DNA of 64,000 nucleotides from Mobula hypostoma. Its lineage: Eukaryota. Each line of letters opens with the position of its first letter. Position 1 is the first letter of the stretch. The DNA lies in contig NC_086097.1 of NCBI RefSeq assembly GCF_963921235.1, positions 74,154,001-74,218,000 on the forward strand, in the 5' to 3' direction. The position numbers and the translations under genes were made by a program. Of this stretch, positions 13,750 to 26,000 are shown piece after piece. Below the pieces are notes generated by a model. It had not been told where the DNA came from. It did not search any database and saw nothing but the letters and a program-made list of their open reading frames with translations.

Positions 13750-15200
13750 GGAAGCCTTTCAGCCCACTATGGCTACGTTGGTTGAGAAAGAATTTCCCAA
13801 TAAAATCCCATTTCCATCTATTGACCCATACATCACCTTGCCGGTCATTACTCTTCAAGACTACATCCAAGTACTTCTTTAAGACATAGCAATGGCTTCT
13901 GCCTCCAACTACTTCCAAGCCATGAGTTCCAGGCCACACCTAATCCCTGGATCAGAATTTTTCCCTCACCTCCACTAATCCTTCTACCAATTACTTTAAA
14001 TCTGTTTTCCATGGTTTAATCCCTTTTCTGAGCAAAACAGGTCCTTCACCTTCTGTGGGTTCAACATCACTTACATTAACTGAGAAGAAAAAAACAGCCT
14101 CAGCCTTCTTATCTCCTTTCACAAAAAAAAATCCTTTCCCAATAAAAACCTGTAAATATATACTGCTTCAACTCCAATGCATTTGCAAATATCATCTGGT
14201 GTATGTCAAATATGTAAGGCAGCAGTTTTTAAAAAATGTTTAACAATGTTGCATTTTGATTACGTTGATATACTGGATCAAATAAAGTGTAACACAACAT
14301 TTGACTATTTGCAAATCAAATGCAACTTCAAGATAAAATACTCTTGGCCATAAACACAAAATAGAAAAGATGTCAAATCAGCGTTTATAAAAGAACAGCA
14401 GTAGACTATCTAGCCCCTCTAGCTAATTCCACATTAAATATCATGACAGATTTGTGATCTAACTCCCAAAAGACATCCTTACCCTAGATTTCAAGTTTAA
14501 AATGAACAAGTGATCTAGCTCATTGCCACCTGTAAAAGAGGTTACCAAATTTCTACCACCCTGAATATGTAAAATTTCTCTAAACTTTACAATTGAAAGG
14601 CTTGAGTCTAAGTTTTAGACTTTGATCTCTGGTCCTAAAACTCCACAGAGAGCAAGGATAGACTCTTTCAATCTACCCTACCAGTTGTCATTAACATTTC
14701 AAATTATCTCTTAATTTTCTGAATTCCAAAAGATATACATTTACTTTCTGTACTCTCCTTGTAATTTAAACCTCAGAGTGCAACTATCATTCCATATATG
14801 TAAGCTGAATTGCTTCCTAGGACAATATATCCTTGAGATTTGGTATCCAAACCTGCTCACAATATTCCAAGGTTGGACTAATCAGGGTGCTGCTAAGCTG
14901 TAGCTATACTTATATCTGACTTACACATTTTTTGATAATTTTTGTATCTGTCCTTGACATTTTAATAAATTATGCACCTGGAGCAAGTCTCTTTGGATTT
15001 CCAGTGCTTCTAGCAAAAATTAAATATAATTTTTAGAAAGCATTCTGCCTGTCCTCTTCAAATCTTAGATTTGCTTACACTGACACTACATAATCTATAA
15101 TATATCTTTGTAATTTAATGACACTGCCTACAATAGCTTCAATATCATCTTGGTATTTGAAACTTGAATGCCTGGCCTCCTACCCCATCATCTAAGTCAT
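13750..15200 (-). mobile_element. Decayed CR1 LINE 3' fragments
   Basis: CR1-like 3' ORF2 remnants, e.g. ccaaacctgctcacaatattccaag near 14847-14872. Confidence 0.5.
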
Positions 15201-15204
15201 TTAA

Positions 15205-15695
15205 AATCAAAGTTCAGAGTTCAGAGTAAACTTATTACCAAAGTACATATATGTCACCATATACAACCCTGAGTTCCATTTTCTTGCAGGTATTCACAGT
15301 AAATACAAGAAACAAAATAAAATCAATGAAACTCTGCCCTCCCCCTCCCCCAAACAGGATGGACAAATAACTAGTGTGCATAAGACAACAAGCTGTGCAA
15401 AGACAAAAAAAGAAATAATAATAATAAATAAGCAATAAATATCAAGAACATGAGATAAAGACTCCTTGAAAGGGAGTCCATAGGTTGGGGGGGGGGGGAA
15501 AACAGTTTAATGACTGAGCAACTGAAGTTGTGTGAAGTAATCCCTTTTGGTTCAAGAGCCTGATTGTTGAGGGGTAATAACTGCTCCTGAACCTGGTAGT
15601 GTGGGCCCCAAGGCTCCTGTACCCTCTTCCTGATTGCAGCAGTGAGAAGAGAGCATGACCAGGATGATGAATATCCTTGCCAATAGATGCAGCAC
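15205..15695 (-). mobile_element. Rex/Babar-type LINE 3' fragment
   Basis: Reverse complement of the 6190/8612 family end (aaagttcagagtaaacttattaccaaagtacatatatgtcaccatatacaaccctgag). Confidence 0.8.
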
Positions 15696-16009
15696 ATTTA
15701 TTGTGGGATTCTCTCAGATCTGCCCTGTTGATTTGAATAGCTACCCTCTATCCCAACTCTACCACTCTATCAATTCTCTAGGCAGGTTAATAACTTGCCT
15801 TCAATTCCATGAGCTTTAACTTTAACTAACACTCGTCAGTATTAAACCTGGTACTTGCACTGAAATGAATCTGTTTCTAGACCAAATACGTATAATATAC
15901 ATTTATTCAGATACAACTTTTCTTCACAAGAGAAAGCTAGGATTATGAAATGTGCTAGTTTTAATCAATAGGAAAAAATATTGTACATTCAAAATATCCT
16001 TGTAATTAC

Positions 16010-16194
16010 CTTGATCTGTTTCAAAAGATGATAGAGGTCTTCCACTTCATCGCCTTCATATTCTGTGTAGTCTCTTCCAATTGATAAAGAACTCCCTTTG
16101 ATAGTGTGTCGATACAGTGGGAGGCCAGTAGCTTCTGAATACAGATCCATAGCTTCATGTCCCACTGTCTGATACATGTAACTGTCAAGCTCAT
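16010..16194 (-). CDS. DPH6: DPH6 coding exon 3 (185 nt)
   Basis: Acceptor atttctgcag|ATGAGC, donor ATCAAG|gtaatt. Encodes DELDSYMYQTVGHEAMDLYSEATGLPLYRHTIKGSSLSIGRDYTEYEGDEVEDLYHLLKQIK. 23+95+185=303 nt keeps the frame. Confidence 0.96.
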
Positions 16195-17520
16195 CTGCAG
16201 AAATAATCATTCAATAAAATTGCTATATAAGGAAAAAATGGTCAATGAATTTTGCTGATAATGTGTACTCCTTTTTATATAATTGAAAGCAACATGTTAT
16301 GATATTGTTGAAGCAAATGTGGTATTTAGAAGTTAATGCAAGAAAATAAACCCTTTGTTTATAAAATGTAAAATGGAGTCAAGGAGGCCAGATGCCGGTC
16401 ATTCTGTGGCATGTGACTAATTTCCTAAAATAAAGCTACAATTTAGTAAAATCCTGATTAGACCAAACCTGTAATGCTGTGAGCAATTTAATCCAAGGAA
16501 ACAAACCCTTCATTATTCAATAATTGGGCTACAAATACTTAAATTTCAAATCCAGCAAGCAGCTAATATCAGTAACAGTAGCTGTCTATCTTCAATATCT
16601 TGAGGGTCATCACTGACCAGAGAGTCAATTGAAACATTAATACTGCAGGTACAAGAACAAGTGAAAAGCTGATCAGCTTGCTGTTCCCTCTGAACATCCT
16701 GCTGCCTTTCACCCATCTATGAACAGCAAGTGAGGAGTGCAATCGGATACCGTCTGCTTGCCTAGATGAATGAGCCTTCATCACATCTTCCATCATCACT
16801 GGACCTAAATCCTTGAACTGTTTCTCAATAGGGCTCAACAATTCAAGAAAGTTGAATTATCAAGGCCATTAAGGAATAGACAATAAATTCCAGCATTGCC
16901 AGTGATGTCCATAACCCTCAGAATGACGCATTCTCTGCTTTTATTTCAGATTTTCAGCACGATTATTTTTATAAACAACTTGCAATAGTATTTCTTCACA
17001 AATTTGGTCCATATCCTCTACAGTCTCACATGGATCTACCTCTCCATATTTCCCAGTTACATAACGTCTGTCAGCAATATTGTGTGGAAAAAAATTGGAT
17101 TCCATATGCATAAACAACATTCACCTTAATCTGCCACAACATACCTTTACAATCCACTGTCTCTGACACTTCCCACTGCATGCCCAATATAACATATTTG
17201 ATATATTGATAGCAGGCCAATTCTAGACAACGACAGTACTTCAAAGTTAGTGCTTAGGTGTGATATTAGCATCTGGGAACATTGGTGATGAATCTTAAAG
17301 TGTAACTTCTCATTAAACACAGTGCCCATATTTAAGAATAAAGTGCAAAACTTCAAATGTCCACATATTTAAGCCTGATCCATAAAGGAACCAGTTTGTT
17401 TACTTGGGAGAACAGTGCATATCAAACTGAAAAGTACATATCTGTTTCACTTTACTAGCTGCAAGGTCAGTCCACATTGATAAAGGTTGACTATCTGATA
17501 CATTCATGGAAAAGGCTTAC

Positions 17521-17615
17521 CTTTATGATTGGCAGGTCTTAAATTAGCTAAAGCCACCACTTCATGTCCAGCCACCACACACTGCATCATATTGTAACAG
17601 CTGTCCTTTCCACCA
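17521..17615 (-). CDS. DPH6: DPH6 coding exon 2 (95 nt; PP-loop SGGKDS motif)
   Basis: Acceptor tttttcttcatag|TGGTGGAAAG, donor CATAAAG|gtaagc. Encodes GGKDSCYNMMQCVVAGHEVVALANLRPANHK (within ORF 17504..17686). Confidence 0.96.
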
Positions 17616-19463
17616 CTATGAAGAAAAATTAAAATCAATTCAGTTTCATCAAATCTACAGCTAAGCCACTCTTCCATCATCATCACTATATATTCAAATA
17701 CAAGCTAAAGCAGTTCAGCATAATAGCAAAAATATTTAGAACTTCGTTTCAATTCTGTTAAACTTTTATGATATAGTAAGCACACCCAAGAATTAAAAAA
17801 ACGTCTGTACAGCAAGATTAAAATAATAAAAATTAAGCTTCAGAAAAGTGTAATCAAATAAGTATCAGTCATAGTCAAAGGTGGAAGATGCTAACGCATT
17901 ACTCTACGAAATAAAAATACATTTAAATAAACTCAAAGGTTGATTTTAATCTAAACACCAGAAAACCCAGGTAAAATGTGATGTTTTCAAAGAATTACAA
18001 TGATGGATACAAGAGGGAATGGAGGGAATAAGGGAACCGAACTTTAAAATAAGCCTTTTACATTTTAAGGGATCACTTGGATCAGTAATTATTCAGCAAA
18101 ATGGACTTGCTCATTATTGAAAGAACATCAGCAGTAGAATTTTGGAGGCTTAAATTTATGGCATCCGATGCTTGAGAGGGTGGAAAGGAAAGCTTTGGAA
18201 ACATTCACTGATGCTGACAAACGCATTGCTGTAGGCAGCAGACTGGCTGAAGACCATTTCAGGAAAAAGGTGAGTTGAAGCAAGGCAAAATTGTAATTGT
18301 AAAGGAGGTGAAAGTACATAATCCTTTTGATAGATACAGATTATGAACTAAAGTCAGGATCAAATTGAATTTTGAATTATCAAAAAAATTAGCTCACGGT
18401 GAGACTGTGGCTGGAATGGCAATTGCAGAATATGGCAAAGACCAGTCTGCCATTGTTTGACTGGCCCACACTAAAGCTCCATATGAAATAGATACTGTAT
18501 GTGCAGACTGACAACACTGTTGGATGAAAGCTAAACCCACACCTACTATGACTTTATTAAATGCCAATACTGTATAGAAATAAGGAACAATCATGACTAG
18601 ATCTACAGCCAACCTACATAAGTAGAAAAGGACAGGAGAAATCATTAGTAGAAGGTAACTAAGTTGAACAGTTAACTAATAATAAAAATTAAAACCCAAA
18701 CACAATTGGCGGAGTATGGCATTGTCCACCACATGAAAGATATTGGCCAGACCATTAATATGAAGACTTTGATTAAAGCAGTCTATGTACTCTGTAAGCA
18801 TCACACAAGCAATTTATTCACCCTGGTGTATATAACGATCAGATAATTTGAGTTTCAATATAGCATCAGGGGAAAGAGCCTTATTAGATAATGAAGTGAA
18901 TTCAGATTTGAGAAGTAGTATGAGAACTTCAGAAAACAAGAGAAAATTTGAGATAGAACTGTATTTCAGTACGTATGTGTCTGAGGTTGCTATCATTGAA
19001 GAAAGTTGAAAATGAGGACAGTGGCCTCATGAGGCACATTTATAATATTACCCAATGTAGACACCAGGAAGGGAACTTGGGTAGACACCAGCTTAATGAA
19101 GTAGCCTCTCATGGTCAGAGTGCACTTCAAGAGGCTCCGAGAAAAGAACAGGAATTAGGAAAATATGCACGATGAGAGTTTTGGGAAGTTAAGAAATGTA
19201 GAAAATCATCAATTTTTATGGCTATTATCAGTTCCTTGTACAAAAAGATGAATGAGAGTGGGAGAGCTGGCTGTGAAAAGGGGTCAAATGTTCATTTAGC
19301 TTTCCACAAAAACTGGAAAGGCACTTTGCTCAGTGCATTTCAGAAGAAAGCCTGGTAAAGTCCTCACAGTGAACTGGTCACATCTGGAAATTTCACAATG
19401 AAAATGTGAAAGATAACTACAGAGAATGCTCATTACTGCTTCTGGCATGGAGATGTTAATTAC

Positions 19464-19486
19464 CTGACTAGAGCGATTACTCTCAT
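19464..19486 (-). CDS. DPH6: DPH6 first coding exon (23 nt CDS, MRVIALV-S)
   Basis: Minus strand reads AAA ATG AGA GTA ATC GCT CTA GTC AG|GTAATT. This matches the DPH6 N-terminus (MRVAALIS-type), and the phase-2 donor joins the next exon to give S-GGKDS. Too short for the ORF track. Confidence 0.9.
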
Positions 19487-19589
19487 TTTGATCAGAAGGA
19501 ATGAATGAGACAGGATTTTCAAGTTTACTGAGTTAGTAGAGTATTGTGTTTAACCTCTCTTTGAGTGCTTGGCCAACACACCCTGTCTC

Positions 19590-19960
19590 AACTGTCCTGG
19601 TTTCTCTTTTTCTCTCTCCCCTTAATTCCTGTCCTCCAATATTTCTGTTGAACTTTATTTATTTATCCATTCTTCTTTCAGATCTCTGATTTTATTACTT
19701 TTGGTCATACTCCCTCTCTGTTGTTTCTCTCGGTATCTTTTACTTCCCTCTCTCTCTCGTCTATTTCACTCTCACTGTCCTTAAACCCACAATAATTTTC
19801 TTTAGCTCTTTCGCACTCCTTTCTCATTCACTTCCTCCTCTTCCTGCCTTCCCTCTCTCGCTTGTTCAAATACCCCTCCTCTCTTCTGTCTCCACTTTCT
19901 ACCCGTCCTTCTCTCTCTCTCTCCTTCTTTCCTCCTCTCTCTCCTTGCCGCCTTCTATCT
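19590..19960. repeat. CT-rich low-complexity tract
   Basis: Runs of ctctct/cttcct on the plus strand. Confidence 0.75.
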
Positions 19961-20300
19961 TCTCCCTCGCTGCCGGTCCAGCCGCCAGAGGACCCCGTAT
20001 CGAAGACCCCGGTCCTATCGCCCGAGCAGCGCCTGAACCCAATGCAACGCCTGACACCTTCACCGTGCCGCCGCAAATATCATCGCCGGTCACCAAAGGC
20101 AGAAGCCGAACCCTGCAGACTCAGCGAACCGCTGCCCTATGTGTTTCAGACAATCTGTGTGAACGTAATTAACAATGCCGGGAGCCGACCGTGAAATGCA
20201 ATAAATCCGCCATGCCATTCTGAAATAAGGGTGGGGTTTGATGCGTTGCGTCATCTGAGACATGACGTCATCGTCCGGGTTCACTGAATGTCAGCAGTAA
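19960..20300. promoter_or_regulatory. CpG-rich promoter of DPH6, possibly bidirectional
   Basis: Non-repeat CpG-dense segment just upstream of the ATG exon. Contains a perfect CRE ATGACGTCAT (20262-20271), a CRE-like TTGCGTCA (20246-20253) and a YY1-like CCGCCAT (20207-20213). Confidence 0.8.
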
Positions 20301-22164
20301 GCTTTGTTTGGGTTCTGTGTATATAAAAACAAGAAATCTGGGGCTATATTGTACGTGTGTTTCTGACAGATCAGGATCAGAAAGATAGCCATGGTTATTA
20401 TCCCAAATCCTTATGCAGGGGTTCTTGCAAGTTCATTAATGTGTGCAACCTCCTCAGAATTAATGGATGATTTTTTAAGTAATTTTTTTTGTCTCTGGGC
20501 TAGATTTTCAAGAAAAAAATAATTTTTACAAAAATAAATACAGTAGTTTTAAAAGTAAGAAGTAACTAAGCTTTTTTTCCCAGTGTGCTTCATAAATAAT
20601 ATTTTTTAAATTTTTAATCTAGTTAAAAACTTGAATGTGCTAGGATTTCACTACTTTGGGCTTGTCCCCTACTCTATAACTTTGTCTTCAAACTCAAGTA
20701 ACAATAGGTATTAAATTCATGAAACTTTTAGTTTGTATTTTCTCACAAGAACCTTTGAAACAAATGTCAAGTTTGTGTAGGTATTTTAATTCATATTTTT
20801 TTTTAATGACAGTACCAACAAGTAACACATTTTAGAGACCAATCAAGTTTTTTCAGACAGCTGCTTCTGTGGTTGCCATGGAAATGAGAAGTGACAGGGG
20901 AGCATGTGGCTGTAATTTTGATGTCCAAAATGTGAGTAATTTAAAGATTTGCATCTCCTGATTTAAGAGTGTGTTTGGTACATATCATTACCAAATGAGT
21001 TACTATTTGTTTTAACTGAAAAATAAAGAGCTTCTCTTTATTTCTGTATATTTAACTTGCATTTACAAGCTAACTATCTAGTCAAGGTAACAAGTGCCAG
21101 ACTACAATCTGTTTGAAATTTGAACTGATGATTATTCCAGGGTTGTGGAGGGTTAGGCAGATATTTTGTAAGCATTGTTGTTTTTTTTTAACAAGACTAG
21201 ATAATGCCTAGTTTAGCAGGGTTGCCTTATGTTCATATTTCATGTTGAATGGTTTTAACAAAGTTCTCTAGCCACCGGCCTTAAAAACTGTAATCTCTTG
21301 TGAAATTTTGATAAATATTGCAGACTGTAAGGATATGTTTCTAATTGTAAATGTTGCTTCTTCTAGTTGGACAGATGTTTTATCACTGTTAATGTTAAAC
21401 TAAAACCATTGTCAATGTCAAAAGTATTTTGTCATTACCATCATAGTGCATATTTTGATGGGAAATAAAAGTTTTTTTTAGTAATTTTGGTCTGAACTAA
21501 TTTGCTGGAGTCAAGTGCTTTGATACCAAAATTTTATCTGTTGAAAAGAGATAAAATTCCAATAGTCTAATTAGTAAACAAATGTTCCATTGTTTAGCCA
21601 AGGAAAATGTTTACAGGCTTAAGAAAATGTCTCAAAAATATATTCTGAAAGTATTTAAAAATTAGTGTAAAATGAATTTATTAAAGGGCATGGTTTTTAC
21701 TTGCAGGATTGACTTTGAAATCTTTGTCATTGCATTTTAAGTTAAATTCCGTATTTTGATGATGTGCTGGTAAGGACTCTCATCTGTGAAATCTCTGCAA
21801 AAATGCCTTAAAATATGAAAGTTCTCTTAAAGGTTCATCAATGTCAAGATCCGGTCTTCATTCCTGAGCCTAAAATAAAGGTTATAACATAAACAAAACA
21901 GAGTTTCAGAAAATTACATTTTTCAGAATTCCAGGTAGTCAGAAGTGCCCCTAATTGAAGAATCACCCTAATGCCGTAGAGTTCAATGGCATAATTAGAA
22001 TTCCCTGTGTCTTTCGTATACAGTCTGTGGGTGATGTGCAAAGGGAGATCTGTTTCATTGAAATATACACTATACAGGCATTAATTTCCACTGCTGTGTA
22101 ATAGTTAAAAGGAGTGTAAGAAGGAGATAGTAAACATAAACCCAAGATTCTGTAGATTATAAAC

Positions 22165-22385
22165 ACATGAGATTCTGCAGATGCTGGAAATCCAGAGTAA
22201 CACACACAAAATGCTGGAGGAACTTTGTAGGTCAAGCAGGATCTATGGAGAGGAATAAAGAGTCAATTTTTCAGGCCAGTGCTCTTCATCAGGACTTGAT
22301 CTCGGCTTGAAACATTGACTCTTTATTCCTCTCCATAGATCCTGCTTGGCCTGCAAAGTTCCTCCAGCATTTTGTGTGGTGTGTG
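22165..22385. mobile_element. Penelope-derived palindromic repeat with hammerhead remnant
   Basis: Near-perfect inverted arms 22201-22267 and 22314-22384. Minus strand reads AGTC-CTGATGA-AGAGCACTGGCCT-GAAA..GACT. Confidence 0.75.
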
Positions 22386-22429
22386 ATATTCTGGATTTAG
22401 AAGGTTAAGAGCTTTAAATTCCCTGGAAT

Positions 22430-22822
22430 GATCATCATAGTAACATGACCTGCTCTTGAATGCCACAGCCAAGAAAGGTCATCAGCACCTCTACTTCCTC
22501 AGGAGAACCTCATCTTCGTCAATACTTACCTATCCCATTGATACAGCTTTCTGGATGCATAACAGCTTGGTATGGCAACTGCTCTGCACATGACTGCAAG
22601 AAACTTATAGAGCTGTGGACACTGCTCAGCACGTCACGGAAGCCAGCCTCCCCTCCATAGTCTGCCTCAGTAAAACAGTCAGCATAATCAAAGACCCCAC
22701 TCATCCTGGACATTCTCTCTTCATCCCCCTTTCACATTGCAGAAGATGCAAAAGCCTGAAAGCACATACCACTAGGTTAAAGAACAGCTTCTGCTCCAAT
22801 GTTATAAAATTATTGAATGGTA
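22430..22822 (+). mobile_element. Rex/Babar-type LINE fragment
   Basis: LSGCITAWYGNCSAHDCKKL and IIKDPTHPGHSLF peptides in ORFs 22460 and 22615. Confidence 0.85.
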
Positions 22823-23589
22823 AATCCATTTTAGAGCTACACTCAATTAAGTGTAAAATCTAAAAAATTAATTGGGTTTAGATGTTAGAGTTGGCTGTCT
22901 TTCTTCAATTGGTAGATAAATGTTGAACTCCCTTTATCCTGCTCTAATGATTAAATTACCTAAATTGGAGCACTTGCCCAATTTTTATGCTTGCATGGAA
23001 GTCCCTTTGTAATTTTAACTACCTTTTCCTTTTGATCATAAATACCCCAGTGACTTGGTAGACAGAACTCTTGAGAGTAATTCTGAAAGGAATTGAAAAT
23101 TTGCTGTGTTCTTCATGGTACATGAAGAAATCCCTTCTGATTCTTCACTTATGGCTTGACAATGCTACAATTACTTTTAAAGTTTCTGTGTGAAAGATAA
23201 CCAAATCTTTTTTGGTAATTTTGTAGGTTACAACAGGTGCTGGAAAAATGAGTTGCTTCTTTACATCAGTGATGAGAAGGATAACCCATTCAATAGTGAC
23301 AGTATACACTGTTTCACTGTGCAAACTAGGTTTATAAGACAGCATAATAGATTCCTTTTATAACTAATGTTCAGCCCATCCATAGGAGGTGGAGTGCGTA
23401 TCACTACATTACATGCAAGTGACTTGTCAACAAAAATAGACCCACATGACTGTAACATTCTACTGTCATTAGTTTCAAGTACCTAGAACTCTGTTAGCTA
23501 CAACAATCTAAACTCACTTTCATTCTTTTTGCTCCTCTTTTGTTATTCATGATGAGTTTTAAATTCAATTTGTCCCATGATGTGAATAT

Positions 23590-24492
23590 TAAAGTTCTAA
23601 ATTCAAAGTAATTTTATTGTCAAAGTACATACAATATATGTCATCCTGAGATTTATTTTTTTGTGGGCATTCACAGTAAATACAATGAAACACCGTAGAA
23701 TCAGGGAAAACCCATACACAGCAAGGCTGACAAAAGATAACAACGTGTGCAAATACAAAAAAGATAGTAATAAAAAATAAATAAGCAATAAATATTGAGA
23801 AAGTGAGATGAAGAGTCCTTGAAAGTGAGTCCATAGGTTGTGGGAACAGTTCATTGTTGGGGTGACTGAAGTTATCCCCTCTGGTTCAAGAGCCTGATGG
23901 TTGTGGGGTAATAACTGTTCAAGAACCTGGTGGTGTGGGTCCTTAGGCTTCTGTACCACCTTCCTGATGACAGCAGTGAGACGAAAGCACTGCCTGGATG
24001 GTGGGGGTCCTGAAACAGTCCTCTTTATAGATGTGTTCAGTGGTGCGGAGGGCTTTACCTGTCATGAACTGGACTGTATCCACTACTTTTTGTAGGCTTT
24101 TCCGTTCAAGGGCATTGGTGCTTCCATATCAGGCTATGATGTAATAAGTCAGTATACTCTCTACCATGCATCTATAGAAGCTTGTCAAAGTTGTAGATGA
24201 CATGCTGAATCTTCACAAAATTCTAAGAAAGTAGAGGCACTACTGTGCTTTCTTCGTCATGTCACTTGCATTCCAGACCCAGGGCAGCTCCTCTGAAGTG
24301 ATAACGCCAAGAAAATTAAAGTTGCTGACTCTCTCTATTGATGATCCCTTGATGAGGTCTGGCTCATGGTCCTCCAGTTTCCTCCTCCTGTAGTCAATAA
24401 TTCGCTCCTTGGTCTTGCTGACATTGAGTAAGAGGTTGTTGATATTGCACCATTCAGCCAGATTTTCAAACTCCCTCCTATATACTGATTAT
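23590..24492 (-). mobile_element. Rex/Babar-type LINE 3' portion
   Basis: Same 3' tail family; decayed LLLNVSKTK.RIIDYRR-like coding sequence near 24385-24440. Confidence 0.8.
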
Positions 24493-25851
24493 ACAACAGT
24501 TGCCAGTTTGACTCCCAAAGTCTCAAACAGATTTTCTATTTTAAAAATCTTCCAAATTGACATCACAATTATTTTGGAAGTGGTTGAAAGATTAAGTTAA
24601 CAAACATTTACATATTCTTTCCACAGTGTTTCCAGTTCTTTTATCACTAATAGGACTTCTTTTACCACAGATCATCATTTATGTCAAAGTAAAATAATTA
24701 CACAATCCTGCCCAAACCTTCAACCACAAAACACCAACTCTTAATCCTACATTGATACTGTTAGTGTGCAGCCAAGACCAGTGTCTCCCCTGATTTGCTT
24801 CATGATAATGAAATAAACAATTCATTTCCATATTTTGAATGATAAATTGACTGATTTGTAGTTTGCTTTCACCAATTATAATGGCTACCAGCAACCCAGA
24901 ACACGAGAAATTGGCTGGATCTTTGATCAATGGTGAAGCATTGGTGTTCTTCACTGACCTTCAAGAAAATTGCTTGCAAAGATTCAGGAACATCTGTTGC
25001 TTTGATTTCACTTTTCTTGATGTTCTTTGCTTCCAAGCACTGATGCTTGAGAGCCCTGGAATCAATGGACAGAGTTATCATCAAGCTGGCTGAGCAGCCA
25101 ATTATAATTTTCAGCAAATATTTCAAATACTTTCCAGAATGCTTAAACTACAGGCATAAAATTTAGGAATAAACTGAAACAATAAAAAATATTAAATAGG
25201 AATATATTATTTTTAAAACCTTAGAATTTTAAAATATTAATGCAAGGAAATTAGTTTACATGCACATGAACTTGATAATAACTGGTATGATGAAAAACAA
25301 ATGATTTTGGCTTTGTGGATTTATCACATTGAGGAGGCATTTTACAGCAAAAATATCTGAAATAGCTAAAATTTATTTCCTTCCCTTGGTTCCTTGGTGT
25401 AGGAGCTGGAACAGATGAACTTCCATGTTTAATTGTGCACATGTTCTCGAGAATTTGCTGTCAGGTTCTAAAGGTTTATGCTGAGCTTCAATGGTCCCTT
25501 GGTAGGACAGAAATTCTAGAAATCTGTAATCTGAATTTGACCTTATTCAGCACTCTTGTATGGTTATTATGGTTCAATTACAGAAATAATATTTATATTA
25601 TCTGGATATCACGTCTGCACACATTACCCCCCAGTGTGCTTGTGTATTTCATCACATTTTATTTGCATATAATTCAAATATTTATATTATGTGGCAAATG
25701 GTTCTGTAAGCTCTGAATGTATCCATAATTAATTAACAAAATACTGGGCCAGTTATGTTTTCTAATTCAAGAAACACGGAAAAGAAAAAGAAAAACACAG
25801 GAGCTAGGGGATGCATGTTTACTAAGTTTCTCTTTAGTGAGACACTTGCAT

Positions 25852-26000
25852 ATTGTATGTTGGCGTGATGATGTGTGCCATTCACATAATTTTACATACA
25901 GTATAACCCAAAATGAATTATGTAAACAACAATGAATGCTTAATCAAACACTATACTTACAATATTGCTTAAATTTTACTGAAATATTAAATACACAACA
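25852..26000 (-). repeat. Putative solo LTR (copy 1)
   Basis: Minus strand starts TGTTGTGTATTTAATATTTCA; homologous to 35128-35270. Confidence 0.55.

Larger units (their letters stand above)
1..16009 (-). other. DPH6: DPH6 intron 3 (continues beyond left edge)
   Basis: Donor at 16008-16009. I did not find the next expected exon (GAILSDYQR motif) in 1-16009. Confidence 0.7.

Noticed and set aside
1..16009. Further DPH6 coding exons
   Set aside because: No GAILSDYQR or LAYLW-type coding segment found by eye or in the ORF track; a short exon could still have been missed.
17616..17686. MMMMEEW... N-terminus of ORF 17504..17686 as the DPH6 start
   Set aside because: It is intronic read-through upstream of a clear acceptor. 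The real start exon is at 19464-19486.
20030..20065. GTG AAG GTG TCA GGC (VKVSGVALGS) as an alternative DPH6 N-terminus
   Set aside because: No ATG and no correctly phased donor; poorer match than MRVIALVS.
19828..20284. Overlapping ORFs across the promoter
   Set aside because: Products are low-complexity translations of the CT tract and GC-rich island.
24600..25130. Possible ancient RT or coding remnant on the minus strand
   Set aside because: No diagnostic motif could be read; it would need a profile search.
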